64,000 bases of DNA from Stegostoma tigrinum (GCF_030684315.1 NC_081374.1:5393937-5457936), one strand, 5' to 3'. Numbered from the stretch's first letter, positions 25,115-39,669 are shown. Notes: generated by a model from the letters alone, not told the origin. A program made the numbers and translations.

Positions 25115-25592
25115 CTTCTGGTTGCCCTGTCCTAGGAAGGATACAGTTAAGCTAGAGAGGGGTCAGAGGTGATTTACCTGGATGTTGCTGGATATGGAAA
25201 GTTTTTGAGTTAGAAGGAAAGGCTGTGACTTACAGTGCAGGTTGAGGGGTGACCTTTAAAGGTTTATGAAATGAAGGGTATGGATAGGGTTAATGGTAGG
25301 TGCCTTTTTTCCTAGGATGGGGAATTTCAAGACTAGTGGGCATATTTTAAAGATGAATGGAGAGAGAGATTTAAAAACAAGAGGTGCAGTTTTTACACAG
25401 GGTGGTTCACGTGTGGATTCGACATCCTGAGGAAGTGGTGGATGTGAGCACACTTGCAATGTTTCTAAGATATTTAGATAAGTACATGACTAGAAGAGGT
25501 TTGGAGGGATATAGGCTAGGAGCAGCGGGTAGGATTAGTTTAGTTGGGCTTTTTGTTTGGACTGAGGGGTGCTTCCATGTTCTTTGACTCTA
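25115..25592 (+). mobile_element. Decayed CR1 3' fragment
   Basis: Similar to [11 protein letters not shown] / RLRGDL / FTQRVV coding end and 3'UTR ending TGACTCTAT. Confidence 0.75.
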
Positions 25593-26889
25593 TCAGCCTA
25601 AAATTCCTCTTCAATGATGCTTGCAAGTTCCTAAGCACTTATTAGTAACTAGGAGGTGTGAACCACTGAGTTGAAAAAGTGACTTTGCCTACATGATTTG
25701 GCCTCTCAATAATAATGGAACCAACAATGTCAGATCAGCACTTCCTGCATGACACTTTTATGGCAGAACCTACATCTTAGATTGATCTGTTCAGCCTTCA
25801 GCAAAAGAAACTTCAAAGTAAATGGTACTTGTAATATGGCCCACCCCTTGGATGACCCATATTACAAGTAGCAGTTTTAAAGCTGGGAGTAGGTTTAACT
25901 CCAATTCATGTATTCACCATTTTTTGATTATCATTCCTGGCCCATGGTGGTACTTGCAGGATGTTAAGGATGTGTCACCTGTAAAGGAATGTAGTTAGAT
26001 GTGACCTTGGTTTCTTGTTTCTCTTCTCTCTCTGTCCCTCTTCTCTCTTCCCACCCCCCTCCCCCCTTTTTCAATAACACTGTATTTGGGCTGGGAGGAA
26101 TCATAATAAAGAGCAATGACCTCATATCTAATGATTAGAGTCAGATATTGCTTGTCTAATTCCTTCCTGAAGTTATGAAGCCCTGAACTGTAGGAGAATT
26201 GAGTTCTGTTCTATGCTATGAATTCTTCCAAATTTGATAGGAACCATACTGAAAATGCGGCAGTATCAATTGTGTGTTATCTGCAAAACTTCTGTCAGTA
26301 AAATTTATCAAGGTTTCCAAGCATTTATTTTCCAAAGTGCATTGGAAGTACGCACTGGATAGTATAATTGGACCTAAATAGTACCTTTTGGGACACTGGA
26401 AATGCAGTAAAAAGTAGGAATTGCCAACTTAATTATCTGCCCTCTGACAAGTGTGTTAAAGTATCAATTCTGCAGTATTAACAACTTTACGAAATTATCT
26501 CTTTAAGAAATGTTCTAAAATTCTGAATCTGAGATAGCCATATTTAATTTCCATTTTTGTCTTTGAAGGAATGCAGTAGTTTAGAAACAGTAACTTTGTT
26601 CTAACTTTCATGTATCGTGGGATGCTGTGGGGAATGTAGGTAGATAATAAATGGGTGGTAATGAGTTTTGATTGTTCAGATGTTAAACTGTAAATTATGA
26701 ATACCTCAGAATCTCACTAAGCCTTAAATTGCTAGGTGAGATGTACTGAGTATGGGGAGGGGGGTGGGAAGGCAGTAGAGTGTAACAGTTGAATATGTAT
26801 GGAATTGCAATGATTCTTACTAATGGAAGAAATGATCTAATAAAGTGACTGGGGGGGCTTGAGTTACAGCTTGGGGCTGACTTTTATCC

Positions 26890-27247
26890 CTAGAGCATGA
26901 GAGGCAGCGGGGCAACCTTTTTATAGAAGTTCAAAATCATGAGCATGAATAGCCAGGTCATTTTTTTTTCTTGGTGAGGAGAGTCCAAAACTACAGGACA
27001 TGTTTGAGGTGAGTCGGGATGATTTTAAACATCTGAGGGGTAATTTTTTCACAGATGGTGCCTGTACAGAGTGAGGTGGCAGAAGAAGTGGTGGAGACTT
27101 GTGCAATTACAACATTTTAAAGGTGTCTGGATGGGTATATGAATAGGAAGGGTTTAGCGAGATGAGGGCTAAATGCTGGCAAACGGGACAGTCAAATTGG
27201 GATGTTTGGTTGGATGAGTTTAACTGAAAGATCTGTGTTTATGACTG
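26890..27247 (+). mobile_element. Decayed CR1 3' fragment
   Basis: Same 3' region as 18340-18630 and 25115-25592. Confidence 0.7.
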
Positions 27248-29616
27248 ACTGTATAAGTGCATTTAGTTGAATTGCTGGTGTATTGTGCCTTCTGTTCTGT
27301 CTTCCCTTTCCTACCTCTATTCCTGATTTTTGTGTCTCTAGCTTCCATAGAAACCGAGCTCATCAGTGCTGGTTGGTGTAGTACCCTAAATATTGCAGTA
27401 GTGACGAGGTGGCTTTACTTTACGGAAGGGTAATAGCTTGTATCCCCTGAGTATTAGACTAAGTATGATTTGACTACTATTTTGAGGTTTAGATCTGATC
27501 TGAAAAAAGTCTATCTTTAAGTTCTCCTTACAGTCTTCCTGTGCTACTGTCACCTCATTCAAGTGATTCAACCACACATTCCAAGTTGGCAAAGGTTTTG
27601 TCGTTCTTTTGACAAGTAGAGAAGTGGATTAGAAGCCAGACATTGTTAAAGGTCTGACTCAATTTTGTGCTCATGCAACTACCTTGCTATTTTTAATATG
27701 TATCTGAGATTTATCATCTTGTATTATGAATGTTATGGCCAAATAGGGACAGAACCAAATGATCAATTTCTAGTTTAATTGCATTTTTACCTTTTCTAAA
27801 GGTGTCTTTACATTTAAATAACATGAAGGAATTATATCCATATCTAGTTTTCTTAAAACGCTGAAGCCTTCATATAGAACCTCTTAGAACATCACCTGTT
27901 GCACCTCTCTAATCATAGAGAAAACTCTTTATTCCTTTTTTGTTTTCCTTTCACAATTACCAGCTCAAGTAACCAAAGAGATTCCAGTTCTGTGCACCTT
28001 GTTTTTAATTGTGTGGGTAATCATTTCTCTGGAATTTCACATATATGACAATTTGTAAATACTTCTACATTTCCCTTCATTCTTGTGTCTACCTCAAAAG
28101 AATCCTTCATATAGTCACCCCATTTTACAGGCCTTCACAAACCAATGCTGTTTCCCTTTTGACCCACTGATCCAATTTCTCTTCTGGGTATACCAGTAGT
28201 TACCCTGCAGTTAGTTTTAAACTTGGTTTCTCCTGCGTTTCTCTGTTAAAAGAATGGAGTGACATTTACAAATTTCTTATCCAAAGGTGCAGTTCCTCAA
28301 TCTGGTGAGTTTTAGAAAGGTAGACTTTAAAAGTAATGTGAAGATGCTTTTAATATCCTAAATAGGAAACCATCCAATCTTTGTGGATGACCTTTCTTCC
28401 ATTATTTCCTCCATGACCAGTTCCTTTATCGTAAATCCACAGGGTTCCTCCCCTTTGTTTATTTTTGGGCTCTTTTATACCACTAATGTTTTATCCTGTT
28501 CCTCTACTGAAAAGTGGTGCAAGTGCATCATTTCCTAATTATCCATCATAGGCTTGCATATGTTATGTATGTTTTTAAGGCCAATACAGTATTTATAGAA
28601 AGTTCTGGTTTCAGGATAACCTGCGTACAAAATCCTAAAAGGAAGGTAGTACATAAAAGTAACACGTTTTGAAAGCAGTGCAGTAGACAACAGCAATACA
28701 CCTAAATATTAATACTACTGACTGGAACCAGCCCCTGGGGTGCACTTCAGCTTTTTATATAACGCTTAATACTTTATTTTGCTATATTATGAACACACTG
28801 TTGGCATGGCCTAGAAATCTGTGTGAGTGACTAGAACAGCAATGCAGCTTTCTTGAAAAACTTGCCTATTGGAATTTACCCTGAAAGCTCTGCTTCAGTC
28901 CCACTCCAGACCATGCAATCAACCCACTGTTAAGTTGTAGTGTATACTGAAGGATTGCTTGTAATGTGGTTTGTATTTTCTGTTGACAAAGTCTTAATCT
29001 GTCACTTACAAAATAGAAGCAATAGGTGGTCCATCTGTGGCTGGGGACACAGGTTGAACAGAAGTATAAATTTATCTGCTAATTTTGAGCTGCAGTAACC
29101 TGAATACCATTAGAAGAGAACTTGTATTTGAATATCTTTCGCATTCTTGGGAGAGCTTCACAGCTTAAACTGTTTCTGCAAGCAGTCTGTAGTAACTGAG
29201 TCAACAATATCCAAGATTTATTGGAAAATTACTCTTGCAAAATTTCTTGTCTTCTAACTAAACATATTTAATAAAATATGATTTAAGACAATGGTTGTAT
29301 TAAGAAATGAATTTTGTGCACTTCCAGCTAAAATTTCAAAGGCTGAATAGTTCTGTCTTGGGTTATTGTGTCCATGATCCAAATTGTGGCATGTTTACAA
29401 GTTTACTGTCATGGTGTTTTATAAATATTAGGATTTTGTAAGATTTTGTTTGTGTGTTTGTGATAAAAGATTATTTTCCTTGGGCATCAAGTGTTTTAGC
29501 TTTTGCAATTGCAGGTGTCCTGCTGGACAATTTTTTTAAGCAGCTTCAAATTGCTATAATGCAGGCAGCAGCTCTTCCAGTTAATTGCTAATCTGTTCAT
29601 AGATGAAAACTGAGAG

Positions 29617-29708
29617 GAACATAGAACATAGAACATAGAACAATACAGTGCAGAACAGGCCCTTCTGCCCTTGATGTTGCACCGACTTGTGAACTAATCT
29701 AAGCCCCA
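29617..29708 (-). mobile_element. CR1 extreme 3' end
   Basis: (AGAACAT)3 tail followed by ACAGTGCAGAACAGGCCCTTC. Confidence 0.85.
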
Positions 29709-31009
29709 AAGCTCAAGATGCCCTCAACATAGCCAGAGAGGTTCTCACAAAGGGTCCACCCCTATTGCTTGATATGGTGAGACATCCAGGTCTGTTCCTT
29801 TGTGTATCTTTGGAATGCGGTAGAAGTCCCTATGCAAGAAGTATGGGGGATGAGAGTGTTTAGGGTGCTCTGAAGGACTGGATTAAAAGTCTTGACCAGT
29901 CTGTTTAGCTGACAGATGTATTCTTTGGTTGGATGGAAGGGGTAGCTTTGTCAGGCAAAGTACTCCTAGAGAGAGAGAGAGAATCAAAGGATCTCTTAAC
30001 CAAGATGAGAACTATAGGCTAAATTGCATGACCAAGAATATCCAGTCGAGTGTTTCTGCTTGTGATGATAATGATGTGAACGTTAGACACTACATCTCTG
30101 TTTTTATTCATTAAATGGATGTGTGATCTTGTGAATGTGATTGCTAATGTATTACTTTAATATTGAGGGAGTCAGTTGGCTGGATATCTAGAGTGTAGTG
30201 AAAAAGGAGGCCTGGGTCAAATCCCTGTCCTGGCTATGGTGCTTGTTGGAGGGCCAGACTGTTCGCCTTGCTCCATGCTTATAGAGTGGTTACTCTCCAA
30301 CTGTACACAATATATTGTCTCTCTGAAATGAAGAGAGATTCCTACGGCCCTTTGTAGACAGTGCAGAGCAATTGATACTAGATCACTGGCCCACAGCCAA
30401 CAAAAATATCCAATTTTCACTTATTCATGAATAAGATATTGAATAAATTTTGGTGGATCAGAGACAACTAGCATGGATATGTAAAGAATAGGCTATGCCT
30501 GAAGAGCCTGATTGAATTTTTGAAGAGTCAAGTAATGGAGAGAGGAATGAATATTATTTATCTAACCTTCCAGAAGGCATTTGATAAAGTCCATCAAAAG
30601 TGGCTTTTAGCTAAAATTGAAGACAACTGAAGGCAAATTATTGAGTTAGGAAACTTATTGAAAGGTGAACCCAGGCCTCCTGGCTCAGAGGTAGGGACAC
30701 TACCACTGCACCACAAGAACCCCCAGCAGTAATTATCTGCTTTCCTTTGGCTATACCTGATATTTTAAAGCACCATGTTTTAGCTGTATTGAAGAGCCAC
30801 ATCTATCAGTTTTTGAGTTGGAGTATATGCTGTGCTTCTACCTGGTATCTAATATGGCAGCATGTGAGAACTCATGATTGGTTAATTGTCATTTACTGCG
30901 ATATAGTGAAAGGTGATGTTCTACATGCTTATACAAGCAGATCATGCCATATGAAGTGCTTTAGGGAAGCAGGATAGTGCGTAATAATGTTACAGCCGCA
31001 GAGGAGGTT

Positions 31010-31243
31010 TAGATTAGATTCCCTACAGTGGCAACAGCCCTTCGGCCCAACAAGTCCACACCGCCCCTTGAAGCATCCCACCCAAACCCATTCCCCATAT
31101 AACCCACATACCCCTGAACACTATCTGGGCAATTTAGCATGGCCAATCCACCTAGTCTGCACATCATTGGACTGTGGGAGGAAACCCACACAGACACAGG
31201 GAGAATGTCCAAATTCCACGCAGTCACCCAAGGCTGGAATTGA
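31010..31243 (-). mobile_element. HE1-like SINE (head truncated)
   Basis: Shares CCCAACAAGTCCACAC...GGCAATTTAGCATGGCCAATCCACCT...GGACTGTG with 47542-47852. Confidence 0.75.
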
Positions 31244-31469
31244 ACGGGTGCAGAGGAAAAAATCAGAATTAACATTTGTGGTCCGTTCAAAAGTCTGATG
31301 AACAGCAGGTAAGGAGCTGTTCTTGAATCTGTAGATGTATTCAGACTTTTCATATATTCTGCCTGATGGGAAGAGTATAACTGTGGTGGGAAGGAATCTT
31401 TTAGGTTAGTTGCAGACAGCAAGAAATACATAGAGACAATGGATGGAAGGTTGGTTTGTGTGATGGACA

Positions 31470-32005
31470 AGAATGTCGTAGAGACAGATGTACAGCACAG
31501 AAACAGACCCTTTTGTCCAATGTTGACTAGACAGCCTATATAAATCCAGGCCCACTTGATGCATATCCCTCAAATGCTTCCTTTTCATGTACCCATCCAG
31601 ATACCTTTTTTAAATGTTGTAACTGTACCAACCTCCTGCATGTCCTCTGGCAGCTCATTCCATATACGCACCACCCTCTGCATGAGAAAAGTTGCCCTTT
31701 AGGTCTCTCTTTACATCTTTCACCTCTCACCTTGAACCTTTGCCCTCTAGTTTGGGACACCCTCCCTCTGGGTCAAAGACTGTGTCTATTTACCCTGTCT
31801 GCGGCCCTCATGGCCTTTATAAATCTCCAAGGTCACCCCTCATCCTTTGCTTCAGGGAAAATAGCCCCAGCTTATTCAGCGCCTCCCTACAGCTCAATCC
31901 CTCCAACCCTAGCAACATGCTCACTTAATCTTGTCTGAATCCTTTCCAATTTTGCAACACTGTCTCCCCATTAGAAGGAGACGAGAACTGCGTGCAATAC
32001 TTCTC
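31470..32005 (-). mobile_element. Older CR1 3' fragment
   Basis: Minus ORF 31536..31760 SQTRGQRFKVRGER, plus CR1-type 3'UTR. Confidence 0.8.
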
Positions 32006-32026
32006 AGTCAGAGAGGCATTGGCCTA

Positions 32027-34939
32027 ATAGAACATAGAACAGTACAGCACAGAACAGGCCCTTCAGCCCACAATGTTGTGCCGACCATTGATCCTCATGT
32101 ATGCACCCTCAAATTTCTGTGACCATATACATGTCCAGCAGTCTCTTAAATGACCCCAATGACCTTGCTTCCACAACTGCTGCTGGCAACGCATTCCATG
32201 CTCTCTCAACTCTCTGCGTAAAGAACCTGCCTCTGACGTCCCCTCTATACTTTCCACCAACCAGCTTAAAACTATGACCCCTCGTGCTAGCCATTTCTGC
32301 CCTGGGAAATAGTCTCTAGCTATCAACTCTATATATGCCTCTCATTATCTTGTATACCTCAATTAGGTCCCCTCTCCTCCTCCTTTTCTCCAATGAAAAG
32401 AGACCGAGCTCAGTCAACCTCTCTTCATAAGATAAGCCCTCCAGTCCAGGCAGCATCCTGGTAAACCTCCTCTGAACCCTCTCCAAAGCATCCACATCTT
32501 TCCTATAATAGGGCGCCCAGAACTGGACGCAGTATTCCAAGTGCGGTCTAACCAAAGTTTTATAGAGCTGCAACAAGATCTCACGACTCATAAACTCAAT
32601 CCCCCCGTTTAATGAAGGCCAAAACACCATATGCTTTCTTAACAACCCTGTCCACTTGGGTGGCCATTTTAAGGGATCTATGTATCTGCACACCAAGATC
32701 CCTCTGTTCCTCCACACTGCCAAGAATCCTATCCTTAATCCTGTAGTCAGCTTTCAAATTCGACCTTCCAAAATGCATCACCTTGCATTTATCCAGGTTG
32801 AACTCCATCTGCCACCTCTCAGCCCATCTCTACATCCTGTCAATGTCCCGCTGCAGCCTACAACAGCCCTCTACACTGTCAACGACACCTCCGACCTTTG
32901 TGTCGTCTGCAAACTTGCTGACCCATCCTTCAATTCCCTCGTCCAAGTCATTAATAAAAATTACAAACAGTAGAGGCCCAAGGACAGAGCCCTGTGGAAC
33001 TCCACTCACCACTGACTTCCAGGCAGAATATTTTCCTTCTACTACCACGCGCTGTCTTCTGTTGGCCAGCCAATTCTGTATCCAAGCAGCTAAGTTCCCC
33101 TGTATCCCATTCCTCCTGACCTTCTGAATGAGCCTACCATGGGGAACCTTATCAAATGCCTTAATGAAGTCCATATACACCACATCCACAGCTCGACCCT
33201 CATCAACTTTTCTAGTCACATCCTCAAAAAACTCTAAGGTTTGTAAGGCATGACCTACCCCCCTCAAAGCCGTGTTGACTGTATTTGATCAAGCCATGCT
33301 CTTCCAGATGGTCATAAATCTTATCCCTCAGAATCCTTTCTAACACCTTGCAGACGACAGACGTGAGACTTACCGGTCTATAATTGCTGGGGATTTCCCT
33401 ATTTCCTTTCTTGGAGAGGAATTACATTTGCCTCTCTCCAGTCCTCAGGTACGACTCCAGTGGAGAGCGAGGATGCAAAGATCTTCGCAAGTGGCGAAGC
33501 AATTGCATTTCTCGCTTCCCAAAGCAGCCGAGGACAAATCTGATCCGGGCCTGGCGACTTGTCAATCTTAATGTTTGACAAAATTTTCAGCACATCAGCT
33601 TCGTCTATCTCTATCCATTCCAGCATGCACACCTGCTCTTCAAAGGTTTCATTCACTACAAAGTTCGTTTCTTTCGTAAAGACAGAAGCAAAAAACTCAT
33701 TTAGGGCTTCCCCTACCTCCTCAGGCTCCACACACAAGTTCCCTATGCTATCCCTGATCGGCCCTACTCTTTCTTTGATCATTCTCTTATTCCTCACGTA
33801 AGTGTAAAATGCCTTTGTGTTTTCCCGGATTCCTTCTGCCAAGCCTTTCTCGTGCCCCCTCCTGGCTGTCCTCAGACCATTTTTGAGCTCCTTCCTTGCC
33901 TGCATGTAATCCTCTCTAGCTGAACTTGACCCTAGCCTCCTCCACCTTATGTCAGCTACCTTCTTCCTTTTCACTAGAAGTTCCACCGCTCTCGTCATCC
34001 AAGGTTCCTTAATCTTACCCCTTCTTGCCTGTCTCAGAGGGACATATTTACTCATCACTCTCAACAACTGTTCCTTAAACCGTCTCCACATGTCTGTAGT
34101 TCCCTTACCATGGAACAACTGCTCCCAGTCCATGCTTCCTAACTCATGTCTAATCGCATCATAGTTTCCTCTTCCCCAATTAAATATCCTCCCATTTTGC
34201 CTAATCCTCTCCTTCTCCATAGCTATGTAGAATGTGAGGCAGTTATGGTCACTATCACCAAAATGCTCTCCCACCACAAGATCTGATACCTGCCCTGGCT
34301 CGTTTCCGAGCACCAAGTCTAGAATGGCCTCTCCCCTCGTCGGCCTGTCAACGTACTGCGTTAGGAAACCCTCCTGAACACACCTTACAAAAACAGCTCC
34401 ATTCAAATCTTCTGCTCGAAGGAGGTTCCAATCAATATTAGGAAAGTTAAAGTCACCCATTACAACAACCCTACTGCGTGCACACTTTTCCAAAATCAGT
34501 CGACCTATGCTTTCTTCAATCTCCCTGCTGCTATTGGGGGGCCTGTAGTAAACCCCTAACGAGGTGACTACTCCCTTGCTGTTCCTAATTTCCACCCATA
34601 CTGACTCAGTAGGCAGATCTTCCTCGACAAAGGAAGCTTCTGTAGCTGTGATACCCTCTCTGATTAGTAGTGCTACACCCCCTCCTCTTTTTCCCCCCTC
34701 CCTATTCTTTTTAAATGTTCTAAACCCTGGAAGATCCAGCAACCATTCCTGCCCATGAGAAACCCATGTCTCTGTTATGGCCACAACATCATAGCACCAG
34801 GTACTGATCCATGCTCTAAGTTCATCACTTTTATTCCTGATACTCCTTGCATTAAAGCAAACACACTTTAACCGATCCCTTGGTTCCTTCCCAGGAAAAT
34901 ACTTCCCACTCGCTGGTCTACCTCTTGCTACTGCCTCAT
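32027..34939 (-). mobile_element. Young CR1 LINE, near-complete ORF2 (APE endonuclease + RT), truncated before ORF1
   Basis: CFNARSIRNK, VAITETW, GVYYRPP, MGDFNFP, LDLVL, SDHN (endonuclease); [43 protein letters not shown] (RT). Stop near 32109 and (AGAACAT)n tail. Only a handful of small frameshifts; CpGs retained. Confidence 0.97.
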
Positions 34940-34949
34940 GATATGCCTT

Positions 34950-35283
34950 GCTAATGATATTGCTGGACTGAAAATCCAGTGACCAAGATAACATTCTGGC
35001 TATGAATCCGACCATGGCTGATGGAATTTAAATTCAATAAATGTGTGGAATTGAGAATCTAACAACCATGAATCCACTGCTGGTTGTTGGAAAAACCCAT
35101 CTCTGGCTCGCTTATATCCTTTTAGGGAAGGAAACTGCCATCCTTACCTGGTCTGGCCTACATGTGACTCCAGACCCACAGCATTGTGGTTGACCCTCAG
35201 CTGCCCTCTGGGAAGTTGGAGGATGGCAATAAATGCTGTTAAATGCAAAGCTCTCATCCTGTGAATGACTAAAGGAAAATAAA
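34950..35283 (+). mobile_element. tRNA-headed SINE copy
   Basis: Contains CCTTTAGGGAAGGAAACTGCCATCCTTACCTGGTCTGGCCTACATGTGACTCCAGACCCACAGC core and family tail. Confidence 0.75.
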
Positions 35284-36569
35284 ACGGCCAAGCCAATGTC
35301 CTGTACAGCCGCAACATGACCTCCCTCTATATTCCATTGACCAATAAAGACAAGCATGCCAAATGGCACCTTCACTATCCTATCTACCTGCAACTCCACT
35401 TTCAAGAAACTGACCTACACTCCCAAGGCTCCGTGTTCATGGCTCTAGTGTCTTCCGAAGGGTAGTTGCCAAGCAATGCTATGATACATCCAGATAAAAA
35501 TGGTGAATGAGTCACGAATGCTTACAGCTAGATTTGCCTAATTGTCTGAATGTGTGCTATATCATTTCTCAAGTACTGTAATTGGTAAAGCAAATTCCAG
35601 TAATTTGCACGTGCATTATTTAGTTACGCTAGTTGTACTGTTTACATCAAAGTGCAAATGGCGCTGCATAAAGCAAGAGATCTTGCTACAGCAGTTACTG
35701 GGCATAAAGATCGGACACATTGAGGATGATCTTTCAGCCTTTCTTCTGCAAATCTTAAAACAACCTGTCACATTTTGAATTATTGCCTGGATCCCATTCA
35801 CTGATTGCCCATGGGTGGGAATAACATTTACATGTGCTAAATGACACTAATACCTGAGGTTCATATTCTTTCATGTGCTGCTGGTGTTATTGACAAGGTA
35901 GCATTTATTAACAGTATCTAATTTCATTTGAGAAAGTGGTGTTGAGCTGTTACCTTGAAGCATTGCTGACTTGGGGGGGGGGTGGGGTATCTTAATTTTT
36001 AAGGGAATTCCAGGATTTTAACTCAAAGACAATGAGGGGTTGATTATATGCTTCCAAGTATGGACAGTGAGTGGTTTGGAGAGGAATGTGTAGGTTGTGG
36101 TGTTGTATCTGCTATCCTTGATCACCTTGGTAGTTAAAAGATCTGGCGTTGGTAAATCTGTTTAGAAGGAGCAGTTAAAGGAGGCTTTGAAATATAGTAT
36201 GATACTGTTGCCATTGTTGAAAGAGGCATCAATCAAGTAGTTTTTGTCCATGTTGCTGTCAAGCTTGAGTGGAGTTGCCCATCCTGGCAGTGGAGAGTAT
36301 TTCATCATGCCCCTAAGTTGACCTTTATGTATAAAAACAGGATTCAAAAGGTGAGTTATTGACTGAGAATCACACAGACTTACTCATGCAGCCATTGCAT
36401 TTGGTTGGACCCATTCCACTTCTGGTCAGTGGTTACCCCAAGGATGTCAGTTTTGTAACGTGAGTTTCAACGATTTGATACTGCTGTTGAATGTCAACTG
36501 GAGATGGCTGGGTGGACTTTATCTAATACATGGTTTGCAACATTGTACCTGTGAAATATAAACATGCAC

Positions 36570-37415
36570 AGAAAGAGAGGCATAGGAGCAGCAGTAGGCC
36601 TTTTGACCTGTTGTCGTTCAGTATGATGATCGCAGATCAATGAGCTCAGACCCTAATCCTGTTCTCGTCTTCCCCTCATGCCTCCATGTCCTGTGATCCT
36701 TTTAGCTAAAGAGCTATATCTACCTCAACCACTTTGTGTTGGTGAATTCCGCAGGCTAATCACTCCCTCGGTGATGAAACTTCTCATTTCCATCTTAAAA
36801 GGTTTACCCCTTCTTCCTAATGCTTAAATTATGACCCCTAGTTCTAGAATCTTCCACAATTGGAAACATCCATCCTCCATCTGACCTGCCTGGTCCTGTT
36901 AGAATTTTGTGGGTTTCTACAAGTACCCCGTTTTTCTAAACTCCAGTCAACCCATGCTCCTGCACAGTTATGCCACCCCAACGATTAATTTAGTAAACCT
37001 TCCTACAACAGGGATGTCTTGTTGCTGTACTTGAATCTTCTCACTACGAACACCCAATGGCACTAGCTTTGCCTTCATTACTGCCTGCTGCACCTGTGCT
37101 TATTTTCAGCAAATGGTGTCACTGAATGTTCCCCCCCTCAATTTAAAGTTGTTCAAAGAATCTGTCATCGTTTTTGTGCTACCAAAGTGGATATCTCATT
37201 AATCTATGTGAAATTATCTTTGCCATTCACTCTACTTGTTCTGGTCACGTTACAGCATCTGTGCTCTCCTCTCAGCTCACCTTTCCATCCAGTGTTGTCA
37301 CTTGCAAATTTCGATATTACATTTGGGTCTCTTGTTTAAATTATTAACATCGTGAATGGCTGGGGTGCCAGCACTGATCCCTGCAATACTCCTAGATACT
37401 GCCTAACATTCAGAC
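36570..37415 (-). mobile_element. Old CR1 3' portion
   Basis: ATAGGAGCAGCAGTAGGCC tail; reverse-complement GVxQGSVL-like (CAGCACTGATCCCTGC) and KFA-like (CTTGCAAATTT) motifs. Confidence 0.65.
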
Positions 37416-37420
37416 CTACG

Positions 37421-38520
37421 TAGAACATAGAACATAGAACATAACAGCACAGTACAGGCCCTTCGGCTGTCGATGTTGTGCCGACCTGTCACACCGATCT
37501 CAAGCCCATCTAACCTACACTATTCCATGTACGTCCATATGCTTGTCCAATGACAACTTAAATGTACCTAAAGCTGGTGAATCTACTACCATTGCAGGCA
37601 AAGCATTCCATTCCTTTAATACTCTGAGTAAAGAAACTGCCTCTGACATCTGTCCTATATCTTTCACCCCTCCTGCTCGCCGTCGTCATCCTAGGAAAAA
37701 GGCTCTCCCTATCCACCCTAGGGAACCCTCTGATTATTTTATGTTTCAATTAAGTCACCTTTCAACCTTCTTCTCTCTAATGAAAACAGCCTCAAGTCCC
37801 TCAGCCTTTCCTCGTAAGACCTTCCCTCCATACCAGGCAACATCCTAGTAAATCTCCTCTGCACCCTTTCCAAAGCTTCCACATCCTTCTTATAATGCGG
37901 TGACCAGAACTGGACACAATAGTCCAAGTGCGGCCGCACCAGAGTTTTGTACAGCTTCACCATAACCTCTTGGTTCAGGAACTCGATCCCTCTTAATAAA
38001 AGCTAAAACACTGTATGCCGCCTTAACAGCCATGTCAACCTGGGTGGCAGCTTTCAAGGATCTGTGTACATGGACACAGATCTCTCTGCTCATCTACACG
38101 ACTAAGAATCTTACGATTAGCCCTGTACTTTGCCTTCCGGTTACTCCTACCAAAGTGCATCACCTCACACTTGTCTGCATTAAACTCCATTTGCCACCTC
38201 TCGGCCCAGCTCTGCAGCTTATCTATGTCTCTCTGCAACCTACAGCATCCTTGGTCACTATCCACAACTCCACTGACCTTCGTGTCGTCTGCAAATTTAC
38301 TAACCCATCCTTCTACGCCCTCATCCAAGCCATTTATAAAAATGACAAACAGCAGTGGACCCAACACCGACCCTTGCGGTACACCACTAGTAACTGGTCT
38401 CCAGGATGAACATTTTCCCATCAACTACCATCCTCTGTCTTCTTTCAGCAAGCCAATTTCTGATCCAAACTGCTATATCTCCCACATTTCCATTCCTCTG
38501 GATTTTGTACAATAGCCTAT
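37421..38520 (-). mobile_element. 5'-truncated CR1 LINE
   Basis: [35 protein letters not shown]; (AGAACAT)n tail. Confidence 0.95.
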
Positions 38521-39087
38521 TGTCTTATTTCTCCTTCTTTCCCATCTTCAAATCAATTTTATATTTGTCTTCATACACTACTCCCAGTCCCATGCACTTC
38601 AGTTTTATGGATTACTCTTTTAATGGGACTTTGTCAGAATGCCTAAATAAATCACATCCTGTAGGCCTTTTGCCGCCTTCATGCCACTTGATTTTTATGG
38701 TAAAAGTTTAAAGCTGATTAATTTTGTACATGAGGGGGAAAAGCTTATTACTTTATTTAAAAATTGGACAACCTTCTAACAATACAATAAATGCCAATTA
38801 TTTTTAATAAGTTGTGAAAGATAAAGTTGCCTGCTTTTAGCTTTGCATTGTTTCTGCTTTAAAATGGAGTCTGGTAAGTAAATGTTGGTTATGTATGTAT
38901 ATTGCTAATAAATAAACACTTGTAAAGATGCTTATTTGCTTCTGAAATCATCAGTAGCTTGTAAGTGTCACACTTTTTAGACTTGGTCACTTTTTAACTG
39001 GCTCAAGCAAAATCATAAAGTCTGCCTTGGTTTTTTCAGTTAATTGGCTGATTAATGAAAGTGGCTTTCCATTATTGTCTTTCTCAG

Positions 39088-39190
39088 ATATGCTGGGATG
39101 ACATGAATGCCTTAGGCTTCTTTAAAGGAGCCTATCTGGAACCAATTTCTTGGGCCACTATAGCTTCATTTGGACTGACTTGAATTCAAG
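39088..39190 (+). other. Possible small internal exon
   Basis: Acceptor TTGTCTTTCTCAG| and donor AAG|GTCAGT in non-repetitive sequence; no recognisable peptide. Confidence 0.3.
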
Positions 39191-39669
39191 GTCAGTGGTA
39201 AATGCATCGCAGTCATATTTGGAATGTGCACTTTATTGGACAAATTGAAAGTTACATTTTGGGGCACTTGCTACATGTTTCTTAAATTTTTGGATCTGGC
39301 TTCTAGTTTTGTAGCATTTAATCTATACCCGTTGTGTAAAGAACATTTAACAGTGAGTTGACTTGCTTTGTAACTATCTTTATTGTCTACTTTGTAATTG
39401 TAATTGTTATCTAGCTTCAGATGGGAAAACCAGTACCTACTAAGTATCTTCCAGGTCCTTTTGATACAGTAAACTTATCAAATCAAGTAACTTGTTCAAA
39501 TTTCATGGCCAGGAGATGTTGAGAATCTTGCAGCATATACTCTGAAAATTAGATATGGCACAAAGGAGGCAAGTATTTTTCACTTTCTCTGCCTAGTCGT
39601 GAAGTGATCCTGATTCGTTATTACATGAAAGAAAAAGGAAACAGTTCTGGAACAGAGCTGTGCCGGTTG

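Noticed and set aside
30667-30725. tRNA-like sequence on the minus strand (similar pieces near 4450 and 60600)
   Set aside because: A-box and partial B-box only, no complete cloverleaf; best explained as SINE heads.
33399-35015. 538-aa ORF as a host gene
   Set aside because: It is CR1 ORF2 endonuclease plus linker; the annotated start lies in a flanking SINE.
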